The position numbers and the translations under genes are program-made. A DNA stretch of 64,000 nt from Octopus vulgaris (Eukaryota), in contig OX597820.1 in the NCBI GenBank assembly GCA_951406725.2, positions 110,050,001 to 110,114,000 on the forward strand. The letters run 5' to 3'. Position 1 is the stretch's first letter. Every line of letters starts with the position of its first letter. Shown here one piece after another: positions 1 through 16,399 of the stretch. The notes beneath the pieces were generated by a model. It saw nothing but the letters and a program-made list of their open reading frames with translations, was not told the DNA's origin and did not search any database.

Positions 1-758
1 AAAAAAATAAAAAATATAAAAAATATATATAAAAAAATATATGTATAAATATATATATAAAAAATATATATAAAACACACATACATACATACAAATATAC
101 ATATACATATATATATATACATATACAATCCAATACAGGCCCATTCCCTAATTTTAATTTTATTATCTTCATTTATTACTTTTGTTATCTTTGATCGCTA
201 GGGCTAAGAATCCTGGCAATGGCTGCATGTCCATTTGTCTGTCTACTAGAAGGCAAGTACTCATTCCCGCACGCACACTCATTAGCACGTACATTCACCC
301 ATTCGTACACTCATACACATACACGTACGCACGCGTTATATTCATACATACAAACATCTACATACGTTCACGTATATACACATACGTACTGGTACCTACA
401 GATTCGTGTCTACACTTTAGGAGGCTAGTCTATACATATACACCAATAAATATACATATATATATATATACCCGCATATACATACACACACACACATATA
501 TACTCCTACATACAGATACATATATATACATACATATATATATATATACACATATATATATATATATATATACATATACACACATACATACACATACACA
601 CATACATATACACACACATACATACACATATATATACATACACAAACATATATACACACATATATATATACATACACACATACACACATACATACGTATA
701 CATACATACATACATCCATACTTACATGCATTTATACGCATACACACACCCATCTATA

Positions 759-801
<43 letters not shown>

Positions 802-1080
802 GCTCACACATACATATACAAATCTACGTACACACATACATACATACACGTATACGCATACACGCACATACACATATACATGCGTACCCATACACGTGCA
901 CACACGCACACGCATCCATATATATACACACACACACATATATATACACGTGTGCAAGCATACATACATACTCATACGCGCACACATACTTACAAATACA
1001 TATATGCACACACTTACACACATATATATACATACACATATACATGCATACATACATATATGCATACATACACACACGCA

Positions 1081-1122
<42 letters not shown>

Positions 1123-1181
1123 TATATACATACATAGATATATATACACATACATACACATACACATACATACACACATAT

Positions 1182-1224
<43 letters not shown>

Positions 1225-1429
1225 TACATATATACACATATACATACATATACATACACACACACATACATATATACATATACACTGATACACATACCCA
1301 TACATACACATGCATATACTTATATCACTACATACTCACATATATAAACATATATACATATACACACATACATATATACATGTACATACACATACGTATG
1401 CATATATATATATATACATATATATACAC

Positions 1430-1466
<37 letters not shown>

Positions 1467-1724
1467 TACATATACACATATACATGTATACATACGCAAA
1501 AATGATACACATATATACACATACACACACACAGACAGATGCATATACATACATATATATATATAAACTACATATCTATATAAATACATACATAATACAC
1601 ATATACACACACATATATATACATTCATGCATATACATATACAAGTATACATACACATACATACACACACACGCGCACACATACATATACACACACACAT
1701 ATACAAATACATACATACACACAT

Positions 1725-1757
<33 letters not shown>

Positions 1758-1790
1758 CATAAATGTACACATATACATATGTATATATAT
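1..1790. repeat. Degenerate (TA)n/(CA)n microsatellite field with a short unique segment at about 130-430
   Basis: Seen directly. It produces the spurious I/Y/H/T-rich ORFs in all frames. Confidence 0.95.
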
Positions 1791-2126
1791 ATCAACAAGG
1801 GAGGGTAAAGTTAATTAGTTATTAATCAATTTCATCAAGTGTTCAGTATGTAAAGGGACCATTATTATTTTGAGTAAACAATGTTAGAGGGAAAAAAATT
1901 CTCTAAGTAGTGGAAGAGGCTAAAAAACTTTATTGGCTGCTATTTCTAGAAAGTTTAGTATGTGGCAAAGTAATTTATTTTATTTTCCTAAGCCCTAATT
2001 ATATAATATTTTATACATACATACACATACATAAGCACATACATTTACACATACATATGCATATACATATATACACATATACATACAAACACATATACAC
2101 ATATACACACACACACACATACAAGC

Positions 2127-2169
<43 letters not shown>

Positions 2170-2815
2170 AATATATATACATATATATTTTTACATGCAT
2201 ACATACACACACACACACATAATACATGCGTATATTCCTACTGTACCCATGCATTTCTATACATATATACATACATACATACGATACACATATACAAGCG
2301 TGCACATATAATATGTGAAAGGTCTTAGGAGAAAAGGTAATCGGGGGTGCTAGGGGAACAGTGGGGTCGGGGGGGGGGTTGTAGGGGGGGTTGTCATCAA
2401 TCAGGTTGCCGGGTAGGTCTATAGTTCTTGTAGTTCGCATACTTCTTATGCATGCAATTTGGGGAGTGTTCTGAAAATTTGTTAAGGAGAAGGCCTTTGG
2501 CGAACAAGATCTCTAGGCTCTCTGATATGCATAGGTCACAGCAGGTATGTCCTCCTGTGTACGAGCGCGCCTTCTGTAGTAGTTTCCACTTGGTCTTGAA
2601 GGGGATTGAGTTCCTTTTAAGGTACCAGATGTGGGCGGCGAGGGTAGTTTGGTTGGATTTATCCTGTCGCCGGAACGAGTGTGTATGTGCATACCAGCGG
2701 GTCTTAAAGCTGTTTGACGTCATTCCAATGTAGGATTTACTTTTATCGTCAAGGCCTGATCTTACCTCGCATTTATATACTAGGTCCCTCTGTAGGCATT
2801 GACGAGGGTCTTGGG
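1791..2815 (-). mobile_element. 5'-truncated Penelope-like element (Naiad-type): GIY-YIG endonuclease at 2397-2815 plus probable 3' UTR
   Basis: Translation LVYKC...YIGMT...FKTRWYAHTHSF...LAAHIW...CDLCISE...LLN...CMH gives a GIY-YIG with the CxxC insert typical of Naiad-clade PLEs. Flanked by (TA)n; the UTR boundary is approximate. Confidence 0.85.
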
Positions 2816-2995
2816 TATATATATATATATATATATATACATGTGTGTATGCGTGCATGCATGGGAGTGAGTGTATGCATATATACGTGTGTGTATGTGT
2901 AGACAGGTATAGGCATGTGCATGTGTATAAATTTGTATATGTGGGCGGGTGTATGTATGTGTGTATGTAGATATGTATGTATGTGTGTACATATG

Positions 2996-3046
<51 letters not shown>

Positions 3047-3457
3047 ATATATATGTGTATGTATGTATGTGTGTGTAGATACGTATACATGTGTGTATAG
3101 GTATAAGTGAGAATCTCCTTATTTACCTATAACTCTATCCCCCCTTTTTTATATATATATATTTTTTTATATATATATTTTATATATATATTTTTTTATA
3201 TATATTTTTTATATTTTTTATTTTTTTATTTTTTTATTATTTTATTTTTTTATTTTTTTATTTTTTATTTTTTTATTTTTTTATTTTTTTATTTTTTTAT
3301 TTTTTATTTATCTATTCTTTCATCTAACTTACCACTGACTCCTTGACCACTCCCCCAAGTATGATATTTTGCGCTATGCCTACCCCCAAAAAGTCCCCCA
3401 CCACCACTCCTTTAAACCTGCCTAAATGTATAAATGCTAATACAATTCTTGTTAAAT

Positions 3458-3508
3458 AGCTTCCTGAAGATTTCTCTTGAATGAAACAGTACTAGTCCTG
3501 TAGAAGCT
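3458..3508 (+). ncRNA. Type I hammerhead ribozyme motif in a non-coding PLE-type tail (about 3320-3595)
   Basis: Stem I AGCTTC/GAAGCT; core CTGAAGA (3464-3470); weak stem II t-TTC-tctt-GAA-t; GAAA (3483-3486); stem III A-CAG/CTG-T; cleavage triplet GUA (3500-3502). Confidence 0.75.
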
Positions 3509-3711
3509 CCTTCTATATAATAAATTAATTTTACTCTGCTATGTATTGAGTACCTTACTTACTGTGGTTAACCCCGAATCAACCCGGGACCTACATATAT
3601 ATATATATATATATATATTCCATAAATCACAAAAATCCAGACTGCATCGTTGTGATAAGTATCACTTTCAACTTCTGTTTCATATTTTATTTATTATCTT
3701 ATTTTATTTCC

Positions 3712-4275
3712 CTTAACTATCTCCGTTAAAAGTTACGAAGCCGTTTTGTTTACATTCTTTCAATCTCTGTTCTCGTTTTTATACCTTATCCTCCTGAAAT
3801 TGGCTTTAGGATTAAATAACCCTTTCCTGTCCACACTTTGATATATTTTAATATATTTTCCTCACTTTCTCTCCGTTTGTGATATTTTAATATATTTTCC
3901 TCAGTTTCTCTCCGTTTGTGCATATGTGTGTGTGTGTGCACGTGTATCTCCGTTAACTATCTCCGTTAAAAGTTATATAACCCTTTCTTCTCCACACTTT
4001 AATATATTTTAATATATTTTCCTCACTTTCTCTCCGTTTGTGATATTTTAATATATTTTCCTCACTTTCTCTCCGTTTGTGCATATGTGTGTGTGTGTGT
4101 GCACGTGTATCTCCGTTAACCATCTCCGTTAAAAGTTAAATAACCCTTTCTTCTCCACACTTTAATATATTTTAATATATTTTCCTCTCTTTCTCTCTGT
4201 TTGTGATATTTTAATACATTTTCCTCACTTTCTCTCCGTTTGTGCATATGTGTGTGTGTGTGTGTGCACGTGTAT
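3712..4275 (+). repeat. About 160-bp tandem repeat, roughly 3 copies with an internal 39-bp duplication, in the LINE 5' region
   Basis: TTAAC(T/C)ATCTCCGTTAAAAGTTA recurs near 3713, 3955 and 4116. Confidence 0.85.
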
Positions 4276-4591
4276 GTGTATATGTATACGTATATATGCA
4301 TAGACGCGAACTTTAACAACAATCTTTAATAATTACTTCCTATTTCAGCCTTCCTGTTAAAAATCTCTCTCCGTTTGTGAAAATCTCTCATTTTTCTTAA
4401 TCTTTCATTTTTATCTCAGTGTCGTAACCCCCTCTCTCTCCTCTCTTTAACAATCTTTCATTTTCTTAATCCCTCATTTCTATTGCAGCTTCGTAACTCC
4501 CCCCTCTTTCTCCCTCTGTCTCTTTGCTTCTCTCTATCACACCATCTCTCTTCTTTCAGCCATTCAATCTTCCCTTGTCTCTTCACTTCTC

Positions 4592-4835
4592 CACTTCTCT
4601 CTGTCACAATCTTTCCTCCCTCACCTTCTCAATCTCTCTAAATATATAGTCGCACAGCTCTCAATCTCTCTAAATACACAGTCACTTCTCTGTCACAATC
4701 TTTCCTCTCTCACCTTCTCAATCTCTCTAAATATATAGTCGCACAGCTCTCAATCTCTCTAAATACACAGTCACTTCTCTCTGTCACAATCTTTCCTCTT
4801 TCACCTTCTCAATTTCTCTAAATATATAGTCGCAT
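4592..4835 (+). repeat. About 90-bp tandem repeat, roughly 2.7 copies, in the LINE 5' UTR
   Basis: CACTTCTC(TC)TGTCACAATCTTTCCTC...AAATATATAGTCGCA recurs near 4592, 4683 and 4772. Confidence 0.9.
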
Positions 4836-4980
4836 AAATATATATCTTCTTATCTTCTCTCAGCTCTCAATCTCTCTCGGTGCACAGTCGCTTTCTTTCT
4901 CTGCTTCTTCTCTGCCCTCTGTCACACTATTGAATTTTGAACATAATTAGATAGATAAATAAATAGATAGATTATCCAAC

Positions 4981-5882
4981 ATGTCCAGAGCCTGGAGACC
5001 TGACGAACTGGCGTTGTTCGTACGAGCCTGGAAATGCGCTGACGGAGATAACCCTAACAATGTGATTACGGCTGCGCTGAAGAGCGGCAGCTACAAAAGG
5101 ACAATAGCTCAGAGCGAAAGAAACAGGAATTCATACGCTCCTATGCACTTGTACGGTCGCACATTGGCACACTTGATGCCATCTTTGAGAATGAGCAGGG
5201 CAAAGATGGCAAGGATGGAGACGATGAAAGAAGTCACCCCCACTTGGTGGACACCCGTGAAGGGGTTTTGAGTGAGAAACCTGCCCGGGAAGTGAACCCA
5301 AGTGCAAGTGCTCCTACCGGCAGCAAGGGCCATGGAGATGGAGAACCCAGGGAAGAAGTAGAGGGAGGAAGAACTAAAAGAAGGACTGAAAGAGCTAAAG
5401 GAAAAGCTCAAGCAGGACCAAAGGGTGAAACAGCCAGTAATAGAAGTGGAACCGCAAAGGATGGAAACAAACAGCGCACACGTGTGTGTAGGTTCTACCT
5501 GAGAGGTACCTGCTGGCATGGAGAGGAAGGTGCAGGCTGCCGCTTTGCACATCGGGGACCCTGCCGCAGAGACACGAAACGAAAACAGATAAACAAACCA
5601 TCAACACAAGGAAAAGGGATGGACCACGCACCACCTGCCCCAAAACGGAGGTACGCAGATGTGGTGCGTGCCACAAACCGCCAACATGACGTTGAAAGGG
5701 CAGCTGCTGAGCAACAATCTTTTTTGTGCATGGCACAAAAGATTGTACAGCAGCTGACCTGGCATCATCAAACCCAAGCTCACAGGTGGGACTACCCACA
5801 ATATACAAGACCACCACAGCAAACAGACCCAAGATGGACACCGCCGGCAACAACATACACCTCACCTCGATGCTCCTACTGA
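4981..5882 (+). pseudogene. LINE ORF1 with a CCCH zinc finger, broken by a frame change near 5200-5270
   Basis: ORFs 4981-5271 and 5244-5882; motif CRFYLRGTCWHGEEGAGCRFAH. The 3' end overlaps the start of ORF2. Confidence 0.75.
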
Positions 5883-8820
5883 ACATCAGAGGACTGCAAA
5901 CACTCAGTAACAGGACAAAAATCCCGTTCTTGAGAGACCTTGTTGCATGCAATCAAGCCTTATGCATAGCACTTACGGAAACGCACCTGAAACCGGACAT
6001 AGCAGATGCGGAATTACACATACCACAGTATGTTGTACTACGGACCGACAGAAAAGAAAGGAGTCATGGAGGTGTTGCTATGTACATCCGTGAGGACCTC
6101 ACACCCCAGGTCCTTTTGTCATACTCAAACTCGGTGTGTGACACACTAATTGTACACATAAGGCAACTTGATGTAGTTGTGTGTGCTACATATCGCCCTC
6201 CAGATGCCCCAAGCCATGTAGGCAAGTTTGAAGACTGCCTTATAAAAATAATGTGATTATAAAATCACATTAGAACAACACATAAGTGTACTTCTCATGG
6301 GAGACTTCAATCTACCCAATGTCAGATGGCCTGAGGGCCTTTCTCTCCCAGGAATGACAAGATGTGAACAAGGACAGGCGAGGTCCCTCCTGAACCTCAT
6401 CAACACCCTGTACATGGAGCAAGTAATACTCCAACCAACCAGGGCAGGTAACACACTGGATCTCTGCTTCACAAATAATATGGATCTCATCCATAATGTG
6501 AAAGTGACACCGACACTACTCTCGGATCACAACATGGTAGAGCTGACCATGTACGGGCCAAAAGAGAGCACGGTCATGCAGCCTACAAGAAACCCTCAGA
6601 ATCTTTCCAGCTTGAACTACCATAAGGCAAACTGGAAACAAATTGAGAAAGAGATCCTCAAACAAAACTGGCCTAAATGTCTCTCCTCGCCAGACATCGA
6701 CATGAAACTTCAACAATTCATGTCTGTAATGCAAGCCATATGCTACAAATGTGTCCCAGAGAGAAAGGCCACTGTACACAAGAACAAAATCCCCAGAGAG
6801 AGGAAAATTTTAATGAGACGGCATACAAAAATTTCAAATCGCCTAAACAAACAGATTGAAAGCAGTGAAAAGTCCTGCCTGAGAATAAAACTGTTGGAAA
6901 TTGAAAAATGTCTGCAACTCACCCATGAAAAGGAAAGAGCAGACAAAGAAGCCTGGGCTATAAACAACATAAAATCTTACCCCAGAGCTTTCTGCAGGTA
7001 TGCCAAAGAAACAGCTACGGTGCACTGTAGAATAGGGCCACTCCTCGAAAAGGATGGCACACTTACAGGAAAACCAATGAGGGTAAGTGAAATACTGAAT
7101 GAGCAATTCAAGAGTGTTTTCACTCCACCCCTTGGGCATTTCCAAATCACCAATCCAACTGACTTCTTTACCACTGCAGATATAAAATCAGAGGCGGCGA
7201 CGATAAATTACATCGATATAAAGGAAGACGATGTAATCAAGGCTATAGATGAAATGAAAACAGACTCAGCTACTGGCCCCGATGGATTCCCGGCAATCCT
7301 CCTAAAAGTATGTAAGAGAGTCCTAGCAAGACCACTGCAGTTCCTCTTTCAGAGCTTCCTTGCAGCTGGCAAACTTCCAAGACAACTGAAGGAAGGTAAA
7401 ATATGCCCCATTCATAAAGGAGGTAGCAGAGCGGAGGCCAAGAACTACAGACCTATCTCTCTCACCTCACACATCAGCAAGGTCATGGAACGAATAGTCA
7501 GAAGGTAACTGATCACCTTCCTTGAAGAAAATGACTTGCTGCCCGACACCCAACATGGTTTCCGACCAGGGAGAAGCTGTTTAACTCAGCTCCTACAACA
7601 CTATGACTGGGTGCTGAAACGGCTGCTCAACCACTCAAATGTGGAAGTGATATATCTCGACTTTGCAAAGGCCTTTGATAAAGTCGATCATGGAATGATA
7701 TGTCACAAACTGCGTGATCTCAACATAGTTGGAAAACTGGGAGAATGGCTTCATGACTTTCTGAAAGATAGAAGTCAGGTGGTAGTAGCCTTCCATTAAC
7801 ACGCAAATAGTGAGCGGTGTTCCGCAGGGCACTGTTCTGGGACCACTACTGTTTGTAATGGCCCTCTCAGACATGCCCTCAGCCACGCAGAAAGCCACGA
7901 TCACAAGTTATGCAGATGATACAAAAGTTTCACAGGCAATACAGAACCCTGAGGACACTAAACGCCTGCAATGTGAGCTGGACAAAATATACAAGTGGGC
8001 TGAAAAGAATAGCATGCAATTCAATGCTGAAAAGTTTCAAGCTTTATACTATCAGCATGCAAAACTAAATGCAATATCCAATGAATACACTGGACCCGGA
8101 GGATTAGCAATCCCAGAGGCACAATCAGTGCGTGACCTGGGTATTTACATGAGTGATGACGCAACCTTTCGTGTACATGTCGCTAAATTGGCAATGAAAT
8201 GTAGACGACTGGCCGGATGGATTCTCAGAACCTTTCGAACAAGAGAACAAGAAACCATGATGCCCCTCTGGAGGACACTTGTCCTAAGCCACTTTGACTA
8301 TTGCTCTCAGTTATGGTCACCATCCAGTGTCAAGTTGATCACAAAACTCGAGGCGATCCAATGTAGCTACACGAAGAAGATAGCCTCTATGCAGAATGTA
8401 AGCTACTGGGAAAGACTCAAGAGATTAAAACTATATTCCTTGGAGCGTAGGCGGGAAAGATATGCCATAATATACATCTGGAAGATCCTGGAGGGACATG
8501 TCCCAAACTTTGGCATCGAGAGTTACACAAGTGCCAGAACTGATCGCCACTGCGTGGTGCCAAGGACTCCAAATTTGCCATCAAGATGTAGGACAAGATA
8601 CTGTGATAGCCTGGGCTTCCGAGGCCCACAGCTCTTCAATATCCTCCTGAAGAACCTGAGAGACCTGCATGGGGTGGATGCAGATGTCTTTAAAATGAAA
8701 CTGGATCTCTTCCTGTCAGGTGTCCCAGATGAACCAACTTCACGGCAGGAGGTGCAGATGAGGGCAGCTGCATCGAACTCTCTCATGCACCAAATGGCAG
8801 TCGCTAAAAAGCTTTCGTGA
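5834..8820 (+). pseudogene. LINE ORF2 (APE endonuclease plus reverse transcriptase) with stops and frameshifts
   Basis: APE motifs LLNIRGL, LTETHL, GGVAMY, YRPP, MGDFN, LSDH. RT motifs NYRPISL, QHGFRPGRSC, YLDFAKAFDKV, GVPQGTVLGPLLF, YADD. Breaks at about 6254, 7506 and 7795. Confidence 0.95.
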
Positions 8821-8896
8821 AGTAAAACCATGTAGCAACACCAAATGGCGGTGCCCCAGCATGGCCACAGCTCATGAGCTGAAACTAAAATCAATC

Positions 8897-8898
<2 letters not shown>

Positions 8899-8965
<67 letters not shown>

Positions 8966-9013
8966 TGAATGTATGTATGTATATGTATGTATGTATGTAT
9001 ATATATATATATG

Positions 9014-9044
<31 letters not shown>

Positions 9045-9189
9045 GTATATGTATATATGTATATATATATATATGTATATATATATGTATATATATATGT
9101 ATATATATATATATGTATATATATATGTATATATATATATGTATATATATGTGTATATATATATGTATATATATGTGTATATATATGTG

Positions 9190-9262
<73 letters not shown>

Positions 9263-9309
9263 GTATATATATATGTATATATATATGTATATATATGTAT
9301 ATATATATG

Positions 9310-9360
<51 letters not shown>

Positions 9361-9373
9361 GTATATATATATG

Positions 9374-9406
<33 letters not shown>

Positions 9407-10055
9407 GTATATATATATATATGTATATATATGTATATATATATGTATATATATGTATATATGTATATATATGTGTATATATATGTATATATGTATATAT
9501 ATGTATATATGTATATATATGTGTATATATATGTATATATATATATATATATGTATATATATGTATATATATGTATATATATATATATATGTGTATATAT
9601 GTGTATATATATGTATGTGTATATATGTGTATATATATGTATATATATATATATGTGTATATATATGTGTATATATATATGTGTATATATATGTGTATAT
9701 ATATGTGTATATATATATATATGTATGTGTATATATGTGTATATATATATGTATATATATATGTGTATATATATGTATATATATATATATGTGTATATAT
9801 ATGTGTATATATATGTATATATATGTATATATATATGTATATATATATGTATATATGTGTATATATATGTATATGTATATATATGTATATATATGTATAT
9901 ATATTTATACATATATATGTATATATATGTATATATATCTATATGTATATATATATATGTATATGTATATATATCTATATGTATATATATATGTATATGT
10001 ATATATATATATGTATATGTATATATGTATATATATATGTATATGTATATATATA
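8899..10055. repeat. (TA)n array whose interruptions are almost all G on the + strand
   Basis: Seen directly. Confidence 0.95.
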
Positions 10056-12741
<2,686 letters not shown>

Positions 12742-14152
12742 TAGGAATAAAAAATGGAGTCAACGCAGGTTTAAACAAGTATTTTTTCTTTCTACATATG
12801 TTTCAAAAATTCCACTGATACTTATTCAAAAGAATAAAAGGTATAAACAATGCAATCTTCTCTTCGGGAAAGTGAAAAAACGAAACTTGTCAATACGACA
12901 TTTTAGCAAAAAATGATGGATTCGTATAGCGATAGACAGAACGCTATTAATATTGTTTAAAAAAACGTTATATGATATAACGTCATAAGTAGCTAACAGA
13001 AAGAGTAGGGATATTAATAGTGAATGTTAAATATAAAGGAAATTAAAGTCTAGAGACTACTTATATGCACTAAAAGTATGCTTTTGCCAATGCTTACATC
13101 TGTATGCTCGTTCTATAACCGTGTTTACTAGAGTATTTTTAGAAAAAATAATGAAAAATAGCTCAGAATTGCAGAGAAGACAGAATTTCTTGCCTTTGTC
13201 ATATGGTATCGAAATTGAGAGGATCAACCATTCCAAATGAAATTGTTCATTGTGGTCTTTTAAATTCCAAATCAGTTTGCTGAGACCGGTACTATTCCGT
13301 TTATTTCTATCTCTAAATGTTGAGTAATGGATAGAAATTCTCTTAGATAACTCTAACGATGTGCTTCCAATGTAAAATCGTACTTTATTACGAGTACTGA
13401 TTATACACTGGTATATAGAATTTTTAATCTTAGAGTTACTTGACATAAATTTAATTCTATTGGGATTGACTTCAGATACAATAACCTTGTTATTAATATT
13501 TCTAGAGGGTTGGATGGTAGTAGCTAAATTAATGTTAGTATTAGTAAATGTATTAATATTTAACAGTTTGTTATTATGAGAAGATATAATTTGTAAGAGA
13601 TTTTTTGTGTTTAAAAAACCTATCCTAACCTTATGTGAATTAATTATAGATGTAAGCATTGGCAAAAGCATACTTTTAGTGCATATAAGTAGTCTCTAGA
13701 CTTTAATTTCCTTTATATTTAACATTCACTATTAATATCCCTACTCTTTCTGTTAGCTACTTATGACGTTATATCATATAACGTTTTTTTAAACAATATT
13801 AATAGCGTTCTGTCTATCGCTATACGAATCCATCATTTTTTGCTAAAATGTCGTATTGACAAGTTTCGTTTTTTCACTTTCCCGAAGAGAAGATTGCATT
13901 GTTTATACCTTTTATTCTTTTGAATAAGTATCAGTGGAATTTTTGAAACATATGTAGAAAGAAAAAATACTTGTTTAAACCTGCGTTGACTCCATTTTTA
14001 TTCCTATTATTCAAATATTCAACGTAAACACGAAGTTTCAACCTTTATAAACAAGGAGTTACAACATCTTTACTTGTGAGATTTTGCTGCCCTGGTAACT
14101 ATTCATTCATTTATCCGTGTTAATTGTTAACAAGGTAAAATACACTCATCTA
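12742..14152 (-). mobile_element. Naiad-type PLE fragment (linker plus GIY-YIG, 13057 to about 13647) flanked by an inverted pseudo-LTR
   Basis: SIYQC...FYIGST...RISIH...LSKLIW...CLLCNSE...RCKH. 12742-13101 is the reverse complement of 13648-14006. Confidence 0.88.
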
Positions 14153-14221
14153 TTTATATATATATGTATATATATGTATATGTATATATATATGTATGTA
14201 TATATATATGTATATATGTAT

Positions 14222-14866
14222 AAATCCTTAAATCCTTAAAAATGTTTTAGCCCGAAGGCCGCGGCCATGCTGGGGCACCACCGCTGAATGAGCTACACTA
14301 GTTTGTGAATCCACCTCTGATACGTGGCACTTGATCAACAAGGGAGTTCGATGCTGCTGCCCGCATCCGTGTCTCCTGTCGTGAGGTAGGTTCATCTGGG
14401 ACTCCCAACAAGAAGAGATCCAGTTTAGTTTTAAAGAAACCCACATCCACACCATGTAAGTCTCTCAGGCATTTAGGGAGGATGTTAAAGAGCTGTGGTC
14501 CTCTGAAACCCAAGCTGTTGCAGTATCTGGACCTGTATTTTGATGGTGATGTTGGAATCCTTGGCACCACGCAGCGGCGCCCCGTTCTGCGGTTGGAGTA
14601 ACCTTGAATGCCAAAGTTTGGGACAAGACCCTCCAGGATTTTCCAGATGTATATCACTGCATATCTCTCCCGCCTCCGCTCCAGGGAGAAGAGGTTTAAT
14701 ACCTTCAGTCTTTCACAGTAGCTGACATTTTGCATTGAGACGATTTTCTTTGTGTAGCTTCTCTGAGTTGCTTCGAGTTCTGCTGTTTGTTTTATATTGT
14801 GTGGTGACCAAAGTTGGGAGCAGTAGTCCAAGCGGCTGAGGACAAATGTTTTCCATAGGACCATCA
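14222..14866 (-). mobile_element. 3' fragment of a CR1/L2-group LINE related to 3618-8898
   Basis: [19 protein letters not shown]...SLERRRERY...[10 protein letters not shown]...AAASNSL, the same 3' tail motif, and a short (TTTAAGGA)n end. Confidence 0.93.
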
Positions 14867-14897
14867 GTATATATATATGTATATATATATGTATATA

Positions 14898-14966
<69 letters not shown>

Positions 14967-14977
14967 ATATATATATG

Positions 14978-15036
<59 letters not shown>

Positions 15037-15065
15037 GTGTGTATATAAATATGTATATATGTATG

Positions 15066-15101
<36 letters not shown>

Positions 15102-15239
15102 AATATGTATGTATATGTATGTATATATATATATATGTATATATATATATGTATGTATATAAATATGTATGTATATGTGTATGTATATATATATATGTAT
15201 GTATATAAATATGTATGTATATATATATATGTATGTATA

Positions 15240-15292
<53 letters not shown>

Positions 15293-15465
15293 GTATATAT
15301 GTATGTGTATATATATATGTATATATGTATGTGTATATATATATGTATATATGTATGTGTATATATATATATATATATGTATGTATATATATATGTATAT
15401 ATGTATGTATATATATATGTATATATGTATGTATATATATATGTATATATGTATGTATATATATG

Positions 15466-15514
<49 letters not shown>

Positions 15515-15811
15515 GTATATATATATATGTATGTATATATATGTATATATATATATGTATGTATATAGATATGTATGTATATATATATGTATATATATAT
15601 ATATGTATGTATATAGATATGTATGTATATATATATGTATATATATATATATATATATGTATGTGTATATATATATGTATGTATATAGATATGTATGTAT
15701 ATATATATGTATATATATATATGTATGTGTATATATATGTATGTATATATGTATATATGTATGTATATATATATATGTATATATGTATGTATATATATAT
15801 ATGTATATATG

Positions 15812-15856
<45 letters not shown>

Positions 15857-15999
15857 GTGTATATATATATGTATATATGTATGTGTATGTATATATGTGT
15901 ATGTATATATGTGTATATATATATGTATATGTAGATATATATGTATATATGTATATGTAGATATATATGTATATATGTATATGTATATATATGTATATA

Positions 16000-16044
<45 letters not shown>

Positions 16045-16113
16045 GTATATGTATATATATATATATGTGTATATATATATATATGTATATATATATATGT
16101 ATATATATATATG

Positions 16114-16176
<63 letters not shown>

Positions 16177-16191
16177 GTATATATATATGTA

Positions 16192-16260
<69 letters not shown>

Positions 16261-16375
16261 GTGTGTATATATATGTGTATATATATGTATATGTATATAT
16301 ATAGGTATATGTATATGTATATATATATGTATATATATATGTATATGTATATATATATGTATATGTATATATACA
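14867..16375. repeat. (TA)n/(TATG)n array with G interruptions on the + strand
   Basis: Seen directly. Confidence 0.95.
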
Positions 16376-16399
16376 GGTGTGTATCGGTGTTTGGGTGTA

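Larger units (their letters stand above)
3618..8898 (+). mobile_element. Near full-length CR1/L2-group non-LTR retrotransposon (LINE), inactivated
   Basis: Long pyrimidine-rich 5' region, ORF1, APE-RT ORF2 and a 3' stem-loop tail, with (TA)n on both sides. The 5' boundary is inferred from the (TA)n edge. Confidence 0.88.

Noticed and set aside
13871-13938. Hammerhead- or SECIS-like fold in the pseudo-LTR (CCGAAGA...GAAT)
   Set aside because: It has GAAU instead of GAAA, no clean stem III or cleavage triplet, and no clear SECIS quartet. Kept only as a side note.
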